This document shows positions 57,048 through 64,000 of a DNA stretch of 64,000 nt, piece after piece. Origin of the DNA: an uncultured bacterium (GTDB lineage Bacteria; Patescibacteriota; Microgenomatia; UBA1400; CG1-02-47-37); assembly GCA_963980215.1 (NCBI GenBank), contig CAXBYZ010000001.1, positions 7,370-71,369 on the forward strand, read 5' to 3'. The translations under genes and the position numbers were made by a program. The first letter of the stretch is position 1; each line of letters begins with the position of its first letter. The notes beneath the pieces are model-generated. The model was not told the DNA's origin and ran no database searches. It worked only from the letters and a program-made list of their open reading frames with translations.

Positions 57048-57663
57048 AGTGCTCCTCTAAGTTTTTTAAGGATTCTTTGGTAAAGATTATTTGATTGGCG
57101 TTTAGGGCGTGGTAGGTGTTTAGGCTTTTTGCTGAAGTGGTGTTGATGTAGTTTAAGTTTTTGGTAGCTCTCTTGACAGAAAGCTGACTGGTGACTAGAA
57201 GAATCTTTTTTGGCTCTTTGTTTAGAGTTGTAAAGACTTGGTTGAATTTTTTGGTTTTTGGATCTAGTTTTTCTAGACCTGAAATAGCTATGATGTTTTC
57301 GTTTTTATACTGCTTTGAGAGAGCGCTGAAGAGGCTGGCTTTTTTCATTTTTTTAGCCATTGAGAGTTTGAAGTGTTGCTCTCCGGTTGGACCATGAGCC
57401 TTGGCACCACCAACAAAGATAGGGGCATTTCGACTCCCGTGACGAGCTCGACCAGTACCTTTTTGTCTCCAAACTTTTTGTTTGGTGACTTTAACTTCTC
57501 CTCTTGATTTGGTTTTGGCTGGAGATTGGCGTTGATTGGATAGATAAACCTTGATAGCTTGAGCCATTAGTGGCTCGTTGATTTTAGCCTCAAAGATTTT
57601 TTTCTTTAGAGTAATTTTGGTGTTTTTTTTGGTGCTGATGGTGTAGAGATTTATGGATGACAT
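57037..57663 (-). CDS. rplD: 50S ribosomal protein L4
   Basis: Full-length similarity. Confidence 0.92.
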   Translation of the reverse strand: MSSINLYTISTKKNTKITLKKKIFEAKINEPLMAQAIKVYLSNQRQSPAKTKSRGEVKVTKQKVWRQKGTGRARHGSRNAPIFVGGAKAHGPTGEQHFKLSMAKKMKKASLFSALSKQYKNENIIAISGLEKLDPKTKKFNQVFTTLNKEPKKILLVTSQLSVKRATKNLNYINTTSAKSLNTYHALNANQIIFTKESLKNLEEHYVS

Positions 57664-58313
57664 ATTGTTGGGTTTTTGATTTTCTTTGATTTGGTGATTT
57701 CTAGTAAGCTAGAGTTGAAGCTAGGAACGGTACCCTTGATGGTAATGATGTTTTCTTGATCGTTAACTTCTAAGATTTGAAGGTTGGTGACGGTAACTCT
57801 GTCTGTACCCATGTGGCCTGGCATTTTTTTACCCTTCCAAACACGACCAGGGTCTGATCTTTGACCGATGGAGCCGATTGATCTTGGTCTATCTGATTGA
57901 CCGTGAGTTCTTGGTCCACCTTTAAAGCCCCAACGCTTCATGCCACCGGCAAAACCACGTCCTTTTGAGGTACCGGCAACTTTGACTCCGTCGCCAGCCT
58001 TGAAAACGTCTGAAGCTTTGATTTGGTCACCGACTTTTAGAGTAGGTTCTTCTTTGGTTCTGATTTCTTTGATAAATTTTGGAGGATTTTTTAGTTTAGA
58101 TTTTTTTAGGTGTTTTAGAAGAGGTTTGGAGAAAGATTTTTTGGATTTTTTACCAAGAGCGCATTGAATTGACCAATAACCGTCTTTTTCAAGAGATTTC
58201 ACTTGAGTGACAGTTAGGGGGGTGGCTTTGGCTTGGGTAACTACCAAACGATTACCTTTGTCATCAAAGGCTTGGGCAGTCTTTAGTTTGGTAGCAAAAA
58301 ATGTATTAATCAT
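57651..58313 (-). CDS. rplC: 50S ribosomal protein L3
   Basis: Full-length similarity. Confidence 0.92.
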   Translation of the reverse strand: MINTFFATKLKTAQAFDDKGNRLVVTQAKATPLTVTQVKSLEKDGYWSIQCALGKKSKKSFSKPLLKHLKKSKLKNPPKFIKEIRTKEEPTLKVGDQIKASDVFKAGDGVKVAGTSKGRGFAGGMKRWGFKGGPRTHGQSDRPRSIGSIGQRSDPGRVWKGKKMPGHMGTDRVTVTNLQILEVNDQENIITIKGTVPSFNSSLLEITKSKKIKNPTICHP

Positions 58314-58322
58314 GGGAATTTG

Positions 58323-58631
58323 TTACATTCGAATTTCAATACCAACTCCGGCGGGCAACTCCAGATGCATTAAACTATCGATAGTTTTGTCTGTTGAGTC
58401 CATTATGTCTACAAGTCTTTTGTGGGTGAGTAGCTGAAAGTGCTCTCTGGCGTCTTCATCGACATGTGGGCTGGTGTTGACACATACTAGTTTTCTTCTG
58501 GTAGGCAGAGGGATTGGGCCAATGACTTTAGCTCCTGTTGAAAGAGCAGTGTCTAGTATTTTTTGGCAACACTCATCTATGATCCTGTGATCATATGATT
58601 TTAGCCTGATTCTGATTCTACCTTTTGGCAT
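58323..58631 (-). CDS. rpsJ: 30S ribosomal protein S10
   Basis: Start at ATG 58631 (MPKGRIRIRL); the track start 58637 is a TTG. Confidence 0.92.
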   Translation of the reverse strand: MPKGRIRIRLKSYDHRIIDECCQKILDTALSTGAKVIGPIPLPTRRKLVCVNTSPHVDEDAREHFQLLTHKRLVDIMDSTDKTIDSLMHLELPAGVGIEIRM

Positions 58632-58641
58632 AAACAATGAT

Positions 58642-58679
58642 AAGGTTCCGAACTCGAACTTCTCAAAGTTCGGAACCTT
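58642..58679 (-). terminator. 13-bp-arm inverted repeat (AAGGTTCCGAACT...AGTTCGGAACCTT) between tuf and rpsJ: terminator/attenuator or processing hairpin
   Basis: Perfect arms by inspection, 11 nt upstream of the rpsJ ATG. Member of the GTTCGNAACCT hairpin family. Confidence 0.4.
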
Positions 58680-58702
58680 ATGTTAGATTTAATTTTAAAT
58701 TA

Positions 58703-59881
58703 TTACTTAATAATCTTGGTAATAACACCAGCTCCTACGGTAAGTCCACCTTCGCGGATAGCGAAACGAAGACCTTCTTCTAGGGCAACTGGTTGAATTA
58801 GCTTGGCAGACATATTCGCTTTGTCTCCAGGCATTACCATCTCGACTCCTTTTGGCAAGGTAACATCTCCAGTGACATCAGTAGTTCTGATGTAGAACTG
58901 AGGTTTGTACCCGGTAAAGAATGGTGTGTGGCGTCCACCTTCTTCTTTGGAAAGAATGTAGATTTCGGCTTCAAATTCTGTAAAGGCTTTTACAGAACCT
59001 GGTTTAGCAAGAACTTGACCTCTTTCGACGTCATCTTTTTCGACTCCTCGAAGCAAGATACCAACGTTATCACCGGCTTGACCGTCTTCGAGTTGTTTTC
59101 TGAACATCTCGACTCCAGTAACAGTGGTTTTTCTGGTGTCTTTTAGACCGATGACTTCGATTTCCTCACCGACGGTGATTTTACCGCGGTCGATTCTACC
59201 AGTAACAACTGTGCCTCTCCCTTTAATAGAAAAGACGTCTTCGACAGCCATTAGGAACGGTTTGTCTAGAGGTCTTTCTGGGGCGGGAATGTATTCATCT
59301 AGGGCTTTCATGAGCTCTTCGATGGATTTACCAGCTTCGGCGTCTCCCTCTAAAGCTTTTAGAGCACTGCCTCTAATTATTGGGACGTCTTTACCTGGAA
59401 AGTCGTACTTGGTTAGTAGTTCTCTAACTTCCTCTTCAACTAAGTCAATCATTTCTTTGTCATCGACCATGTCGACTTTGTTAAGAAAGACTACTAAAGC
59501 TGGAACGTTAACCTGCTTGGCCAAGAGTAGATGCTCTCTGGTTTGAGGCATTGGGCCATCGGTTGCGGCAACAACTAAAATAGCACCGTCCATTTGAGCG
59601 GCACCAGTAATCATGTTCTTGATGTAGTCTTTGTGTCCTGGACAGTCGATGTGGGCGTAGTGGCGTTTGTCTGTTTCGTACTCTAAGTGAGAGATAGAAA
59701 TAGTAATACCACGCTCTTTTTCTTCTGGAGATTTATCAATCTCGTCAAATTTTAGAGCTTGGGCTTGGTTTTTACTTGCCAAGTATTGAGTAATTGCGGC
59801 AGACAAAGTTGTCTTGCCGTGATCGACATGACCAATGGTCCCGACGTTTAGATGGGGCTTGGTTCTGTTGAATGTTGCCAT
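58703..59881 (-). CDS. tuf: elongation factor Tu
   Basis: [19 protein letters not shown] motifs. Confidence 0.97.
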   Translation of the reverse strand: MATFNRTKPHLNVGTIGHVDHGKTTLSAAITQYLASKNQAQALKFDEIDKSPEEKERGITISISHLEYETDKRHYAHIDCPGHKDYIKNMITGAAQMDGAILVVAATDGPMPQTREHLLLAKQVNVPALVVFLNKVDMVDDKEMIDLVEEEVRELLTKYDFPGKDVPIIRGSALKALEGDAEAGKSIEELMKALDEYIPAPERPLDKPFLMAVEDVFSIKGRGTVVTGRIDRGKITVGEEIEVIGLKDTRKTTVTGVEMFRKQLEDGQAGDNVGILLRGVEKDDVERGQVLAKPGSVKAFTEFEAEIYILSKEEGGRHTPFFTGYKPQFYIRTTDVTGDVTLPKGVEMVMPGDKANMSAKLIQPVALEEGLRFAIREGGLTVGAGVITKIIK

Positions 59882-59943
59882 ATGGCCTCCTTTTATTTAT
59901 TAGCTAGTTAATTGTTTTTCTAGCGTTTTGTATTTTATCATAA

Positions 59944-62100
59944 TCAACCCCCTTTTTCAGAGGTGGATGGATTTTGCTTTTTTATGATAGTTTCGGTGAT
60001 GTTTTGTGGAACTTCTTCGTAGTGAGATGGCTCCATGTAGAAGCTGGCTCGACCTTGAGTCATGGACCTTAAAATGGTAACGTATTGGGTCAACTCTGCT
60101 AGGGGTACAAGGGCGGTAATGATGGTGACTTTGCCTCGGCTAGTTGTGCCTTGAACTTGAGCTCTTTTGGCTGATAAGTCACCGATAATTTCTCCCATAA
60201 ATTCTTCTGGGGTAGAAACTTCGACCTTCATGATAGGCTCTAGTAAAATTGGATCGGCTTTTTTAACGGCAGTTTGTAGAGCCATGGAACCGGCAATTTT
60301 GAAGGCAATTTCTGAAGAGTCGACATCGTGATAAGAGCCGTCGTAGACGATGGCTTTGACGTCGACCATTGGGTAACCGGCAATACAGCCATTTTCTAAA
60401 GCTTCTTTGACACCCTTGCCGACGGCTGGAATAAATTCTTTGGGAATACGACCACCAACAACTTCTGAGACGAACTCGAAACCTTCGCCAGAATCTCTTG
60501 GCTCTATCCTTAATAAACAGTGACCGTATTGACCGCGACCGCCTGACTGTTTGATGTATTTGCCTTCGGCTTCGGCTTTCTTTTTAATGGTTTCTTTGTA
60601 AGCAACTTGAGGTTGACCAGTATTGGCTTCTACATTAAATTCTCTTTTCATACGATCGACTAAGATTTCTAGATGAAGTTCGCCCATTCCGGAAATGATG
60701 GTTTGGCCGGTTTCGGGATTACTCTTGATAGTAAAGGTTGGATCTTCTTCTGAAAGTCTGTTTAGGGCGTAACCCATTTTTTCTTGGTCGGCTTTGGTTT
60801 TTGGCTCGATAGCAAGAGAGATAACTGGGTCGGTAAAGGTAATTCCTTCTAGGACAATGGGGTGGTCTGGATCACAAAGAGTGTCTCCGGTAGTGGTTTT
60901 CTTGAGCCCAACTATAGCGACGATCTCACCTGCAAAGGCTTCTGTAATTTCCTCTCTGGTGTTGGCGTGCATTAAGAGAAGTCTGCCAGCACGCTCTTTT
61001 TCTCCTTTAGTGGAGTTGGCAATGTAACTGCCTGATTGAAGAGTGCCAGAGTAAACACGGACATAGGTAAGACGACCAACGTGTGGGTCGGTTTGAACTT
61101 TGAAAGCTAGGGCTGAGAAAGGGGCTTCTTTTTGGTTGGGTCTAATTTCTTCGGCTTCTGTCTTTGGATGAGTACCCTTAATGTCTTTGACATCGACTGG
61201 ACTTGGAAGGTAGTCGACAACTCCGTCAAGAAGTGGCTGAACACCTTTGTTTCTTAAAGATGAGCCAGCGTAAGTGGGAACTAGTTTGTAGGCAAGAGTG
61301 GCTTTTCTTAAGGCAGTTTTAAGCTCGTCTAGAGTGGGCTCTTCTCCTTCTAGAAATTTTTCTAGGAGTTTGTCGTCGTGTTCACTAATTTGCTCAATAA
61401 GGAGTTTTCGGTATTTTTCGACATCTTCTTTCATGTCTTCGGGGATACCTACGGCTTCGTACTCGGCTCCAGTTTCGTCTGATTTCCAGACCAAAGCCTT
61501 TTCATCTAGAAGAAGGACTATTCCTTTGAAAGCATTTTCAGCTCCGATTGGGAGAGTCATGATAGCTGGGTTGGCTCCTAGGCGGTCTTTGATGTCTTGA
61601 ACGGTGGCTAAAAAGTCGGCTCCTAGTTTGTCCATTTTATTGATGAAACATAGACGAGGAACGTTGTATTTATCGGCTTGATGCCAGACAGTTTCTGATT
61701 GAGATTGAACTCCTTCTTCGGCGTCTAGTACAGTAATCCCCCCATCTAAAACTCGGAGGGATCTTTCTACTTCGGCGGTGAAGTCAACGTGTCCAGGAGT
61801 GTCGATAATGTTAACACGGTGTTCAACTTGATCAACAGCTCCCTTCATTGTTGGGGTCCAGAAAGCAGTGGTGGCGGCTGACATGATAGTGATGCCTCGC
61901 TCTTTTTCCTGCTCCATCCAGTCCATCTGGGTATCGCCATCGTCAATATTGCCTATCTTGTAAGACTTGCCGGTGTAGAACAAAATACGCTCGGTAGTGG
62001 TAGTCTTACCGGCGTCGATGTGGGCAATAATGCCAATGTTCCTGATTTTATCAAGAGGCATCTTTCGCTTATTGGTGGTGTCTGTTTGTTTGTCTGCCAT
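59944..62100 (-). CDS. fusA: elongation factor G
   Basis: [24 protein letters not shown] motifs; domains II-V. Confidence 0.97.
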   Translation of the reverse strand: MADKQTDTTNKRKMPLDKIRNIGIIAHIDAGKTTTTERILFYTGKSYKIGNIDDGDTQMDWMEQEKERGITIMSAATTAFWTPTMKGAVDQVEHRVNIIDTPGHVDFTAEVERSLRVLDGGITVLDAEEGVQSQSETVWHQADKYNVPRLCFINKMDKLGADFLATVQDIKDRLGANPAIMTLPIGAENAFKGIVLLLDEKALVWKSDETGAEYEAVGIPEDMKEDVEKYRKLLIEQISEHDDKLLEKFLEGEEPTLDELKTALRKATLAYKLVPTYAGSSLRNKGVQPLLDGVVDYLPSPVDVKDIKGTHPKTEAEEIRPNQKEAPFSALAFKVQTDPHVGRLTYVRVYSGTLQSGSYIANSTKGEKERAGRLLLMHANTREEITEAFAGEIVAIVGLKKTTTGDTLCDPDHPIVLEGITFTDPVISLAIEPKTKADQEKMGYALNRLSEEDPTFTIKSNPETGQTIISGMGELHLEILVDRMKREFNVEANTGQPQVAYKETIKKKAEAEGKYIKQSGGRGQYGHCLLRIEPRDSGEGFEFVSEVVGGRIPKEFIPAVGKGVKEALENGCIAGYPMVDVKAIVYDGSYHDVDSSEIAFKIAGSMALQTAVKKADPILLEPIMKVEVSTPEEFMGEIIGDLSAKRAQVQGTTSRGKVTIITALVPLAELTQYVTILRSMTQGRASFYMEPSHYEEVPQNITETIIKKQNPSTSEKGG

Positions 62101-62106
62101 AAGGCA

Positions 62107-62134
62107 ATAAAAAAATCGCTCACAATAGGCGATT
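62107..62134 (-). promoter_or_regulatory. hairpin AATCGC-N9-GCGATT followed by U7 on the minus strand, in the fusA leader (attenuator/terminator-like)
   Basis: Stem 62114-62119/62129-62134; A-run 62107-62113 on the plus strand, which is a T/U-run on the minus strand, directly before the fusA ATG. Confidence 0.4.
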
Positions 62135-62171
62135 GCTTTGTGAAAATAGCTTTTTATAAATTAGTAGAGGT

Positions 62172-62200
62172 ATTATAGACAAGAAATGTGATTTTGTCTA
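62172..62200 (-). promoter_or_regulatory. near-consensus promoter for fusA-tuf (TAGACA-17nt-TATAAT on the minus strand)
   Basis: Complement of TGTCTA (62195-62200) and ATTATA (62172-62177). Confidence 0.45.
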
Positions 62201-62224
62201 GAGAAAGAGTGTGTGGATTGTATA

Positions 62225-62248
62225 CCTACAGGGATCATCCTTGAAGGT
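62225..62248. repeat. REP-like element, family B (CCTACAGGGATCATCCTTGAAGGT)
   Basis: CTAC + hairpin CAGGGAT-C-ATCCTTG (one G.T) + AAGGT. Sits 15 nt upstream of the RAYT-2 start. Confidence 0.65.
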
Positions 62249-62412
62249 ATATAATGATTATAGATGCCTCCCAAGAATGCTGTAAAAAAATATAAACCAA
62301 GGTCTATTTATCATGTTTATAATAGAGGTGCTGGAAAACAAAATATTTTTAAAGATGAAGAGGATTACAAAACATTATTAGGTTATTTTAAATTTTATTT
62401 AACTCCCATAGA

Positions 62413-62436
62413 CCTACAGGGATCATCCTTGAAGGT
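62413..62436. repeat. REP-like element, family B, in frame inside the RAYT-2 CDS
   Basis: CCTACAGGGATCATCCTTGAAGGT translated as (D)LQGSSLKV, in frame +2 relative to the repeat. Confidence 0.65.
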
Positions 62437-62716
62437 GGCTCCATCTAGGGTATTAAAGAATCATGCTCTAAAAATTGAGTTGATTGCCTACTGCTTAATG
62501 TCAAATCACTTCCATTTAATTCTCTATCAGGAGGAGATTGATTCAATAAATAGTTTTTTGAGGTCAGTTGCAACTAAGTATGCAATGTATTTTAACCGTA
62601 AATACAAGAGAACTGGTCATTTATTTGAAGGTATATATAAGGCTGTTTTAATGAAAACTGAAGAACAGTTATTACACTTATCTAAATATATTCATAGGAA
62701 TCCTCTAGAGATTTTA

Positions 62717-62740
62717 CCTACAGGGATGATCCTTGAAGGT
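62717..62740. repeat. REP-like element, family B, in frame inside the RAYT-2 CDS
   Basis: CCTACAGGGATGATCCTTGAAGGT translated as PTGMILEG, in frame 0. This differs from the frame of the 62413 copy. Confidence 0.65.
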
Positions 62741-62914
62741 TATAAATATTCGAGTTACGGGAATTATTTAAAACAATTTACGCAAACCTGGGTGAAATCT
62801 GAAAAGGTTATGAGTGTGTTTAACAGAGTTGATCATGAATATTCATCATATAAAGAATTTGTTGAAAAAAATGAAGAAATTATAAAATTTAAAGAAGTTT
62901 TATTGGATTATTAG

Positions 62915-62938
62915 CCTACAAGGATGATCCTTGAAGGT
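62915..62938. repeat. REP-like element, family B
   Basis: CCTACAAGGATGATCCTTGAAGGT. Sits exactly between the RAYT-2 stop (62912-62914) and the rpsG stop (62939-62941). Confidence 0.65.
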
Positions 62939-63418
62939 TTACCACCTAAAGTGGGAGAAGGCTTTGTTGCTCTCGGCAACTTTGTGGGCTTGAGTTTTTC
63001 TATCGATAGCTCCACCTTGATTCTTGAGGGCGTCTGTTAGTTCAGCGGCTAGTTTTTGGTAGAAGTGATGGTACTCTGAGTTTGATCTTTTTCTGGCAGC
63101 ATCGATAATCCAGCGAATAGCTAGGGACTCTCTTCTATCTCCCCTAACAGGCATAGGGACCTGATAAGCGGCTCCGCCGACTCTTCTGGATCTAACTTCC
63201 ATGGTGGGTTTGACGTTATCTATAGCTTGATTTAAAGCAACTATTGGATCTTCTTTGGTTTGGGTTTTTACAATCTCTAGAGCTTTGTAAACATGTTTTT
63301 GGGCGATAGATTTTTTACCACTTAACATGATTTTGTTGATTATTTTAGCTACTAGCCTATTTTCGTAGACTGAATCTGGCTTGGTAACTCTTTTGGTAAC
63401 TTTTCCTGTTCTTGGCAT
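62939..63418 (-). CDS. rpsG: 30S ribosomal protein S7
   Basis: Full-length similarity. Confidence 0.93.
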   Translation of the reverse strand: MPRTGKVTKRVTKPDSVYENRLVAKIINKIMLSGKKSIAQKHVYKALEIVKTQTKEDPIVALNQAIDNVKPTMEVRSRRVGGAAYQVPMPVRGDRRESLAIRWIIDAARKRSNSEYHHFYQKLAAELTDALKNQGGAIDRKTQAHKVAESNKAFSHFRW

Positions 63419-63423
63419 AGATA

Positions 63424-63900
63424 TTATTCTGCTGGTTTGTCGTCTGCAGGTGCGTCACTTGCACTTGAAGATGATCCGGTTGATGATTTGACTCCACCTG
63501 ATTTGGTGCCGTACTTTGATCTTGAAGATTTTCTATTTGCAACTCCTGAAGAGTCGTATTTGCCTCTAATGATGTGGTACTTAACACCGGGTAAGTCTTT
63601 GACTCTCCCCCCTCTAACTAAAACAATAGAGTGTTCGGCTAAGTCGTGACCTTCTCCTGGAATGTAGGCAGTAACTTCTTGTTTATTGCTTAGTCTAACC
63701 CTAGCAACTTTACGAAGAGCTGAGTTTGGCTTTTTTGGAGTCATGGTTTTTACAACTGTACAAACACCTCTTTTTTGAGGATTGGTGGTTGGGGTAACTC
63801 TCCTGGTGTTTAAGTTGAGAGATTTTCTTAATGCAGTGGCCTTGATCTTTTTTGGCTTAGATCTTCTTTTGTTTCTGACGAGTTGATTTATTGTTGGCAT
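63424..63900 (-). CDS. rpsL: 30S ribosomal protein S12 with ~30-aa Ser/Gly-rich acidic C-terminal extension
   Basis: [18 protein letters not shown]...; [13 protein letters not shown]; tail ...[23 protein letters not shown]. Confidence 0.93.
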   Translation of the reverse strand: MPTINQLVRNKRRSKPKKIKATALRKSLNLNTRRVTPTTNPQKRGVCTVVKTMTPKKPNSALRKVARVRLSNKQEVTAYIPGEGHDLAEHSIVLVRGGRVKDLPGVKYHIIRGKYDSSGVANRKSSRSKYGTKSGGVKSSTGSSSSASDAPADDKPAE

Positions 63901-63901
63901 G

Positions 63902-64000
63902 TTATTCTTTTATTTCAGCTCTTTCTTCGCTGGTGGGAATTAAACGACCGATTATAACATTTTCTTTTAGACCTAGTAAGTTGTCTACTTTTCCTTGAGC
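63902..64000 (-). CDS. rpoC: DNA-directed RNA polymerase subunit beta-prime, C-terminal end (gene continues beyond the window end)
   Basis: Manual translation ...[32 protein letters not shown]-stop, matching the conserved rpoC C-terminus (KENVIIG[KR]LIP). Confidence 0.75.
   Translation of the reverse strand, partial: AQGKVDNLLGLKENVIIGRLIPTSEERAEIKE

Larger units (their letters stand above)
62264..62914 (+). mobile_element. REP-associated tyrosine transposase (RAYT; IS200/IS605-like HuH Y1), copy 2, inserted between rpsG and fusA
   Basis: 216 aa with IYHVYNRG, HuH motif MSNHFHLIL and Tyr region SKYIHRNP. Flanked by family-B repeats; the gene lies antisense within the str operon. Confidence 0.8.

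Noticed and set aside
43472-59546. Numerous 60-140-aa ORFs on the opposite strand of ribosomal protein, tuf and fusA genes (e.g. 45327..45524, 50523..50717, 52328..52609, 59124..59546, 61298..61600)
   Set aside because: Antisense shadows of highly conserved genes. None has a family signature.
9089-62938. CRISPR array interpretation of the recurring palindromic repeats
   Set aside because: Copies are irregularly spaced, in both intergenic and coding positions. They belong to two different sequence families and are associated with HuH transposase genes rather than cas genes.
1-64000. rRNA genes, additional tRNAs, integrase or phage genes
   Set aside because: Intergenic spacers were read for tRNA-like T-loops (GTTCNANNC) and rRNA signatures; only tRNA-Pro at 34221 was found. 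No recombinase other than the two RAYTs is present.

Overview
This low-GC (about 35-38%) bacterial chromosome segment has the gene content and compact overlapping organisation of a small-genome Patescibacteria/CPR-like organism. That assignment is an inference from L30 being absent between rpsE and rplO, RNase Y, extended r-protein tails, and tiny genes with many 4-nt overlaps.

The left third (1-33.4 kb) is mostly housekeeping genes on the minus strand: gltX (runs off the window start), a PBP5-type DD-carboxypeptidase, aspS, recJ, cca (+), secDF, aminopeptidase, rdgB, uppP, RNase P RNA (+), miaA-miaB, an ABC transporter, hup, rny and recX-recA. Three RelE-superfamily type II toxin-antitoxin modules are interspersed among these.

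The middle (33.5-42.4 kb) is an accessory stretch: HigBA-like TA, tRNA-Pro(GGG), cupin, a phosphoribosyltransferase, a pentapeptide-repeat protein, a DUF2233 glycosidase, dus, a Cas4-like PD-(D/E)XK nuclease / RhuM / MGMT-like operon, a radical-SAM pseudogene, a secreted SNase-family nuclease and peptidase E.

The right third (42.4-64 kb) is the canonical ribosomal supercluster on the minus strand. It runs rpsI-rplM-rplQ-rpoA-rpsD-rpsK-rpsM-rpmJ-infA-map-cmk-adk-secY-rplO...rpsJ-tuf-fusA-[insertion]-rpsG-rpsL-rpoC(3' end).

The most unusual content is two families of short REP-like palindromic repeats, each associated with its own HuH/Y1 REP-associated tyrosine transposase (RAYT) gene, giving two REPtron-like loci.
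- Family-A hairpins supply the stop codon and an identical HTSKV tail to three unrelated genes (secF, a phosphoribosyltransferase, cmk).
- An inverted family-A pair is inserted in frame at the 3' ends of both rplM and rplQ, giving both r-proteins the same 14-aa tail.
- Family-B repeats flank, and also lie in frame inside, the second RAYT gene, which itself sits in the str operon between rpsG and fusA.

Other notable points:
- A RelE/Phd cassette sits at the 3' end of recJ, bracketed by a perfect 153-bp direct repeat of the recJ 3' coding end.
- A radical-SAM (SplB-like) gene is interrupted by a single in-frame TGA and is absent from the ORF track.
- gltX, rpmJ, tRNA-Pro, rnpB and the rpoC 3' end were found by direct reading rather than from the ORF track.
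- The ORF track uses alternative start codons (GTG/TTG translated as M). Several starts were therefore corrected to the first ATG: map, rpsJ, rplN, rplV, aspS and recJ.
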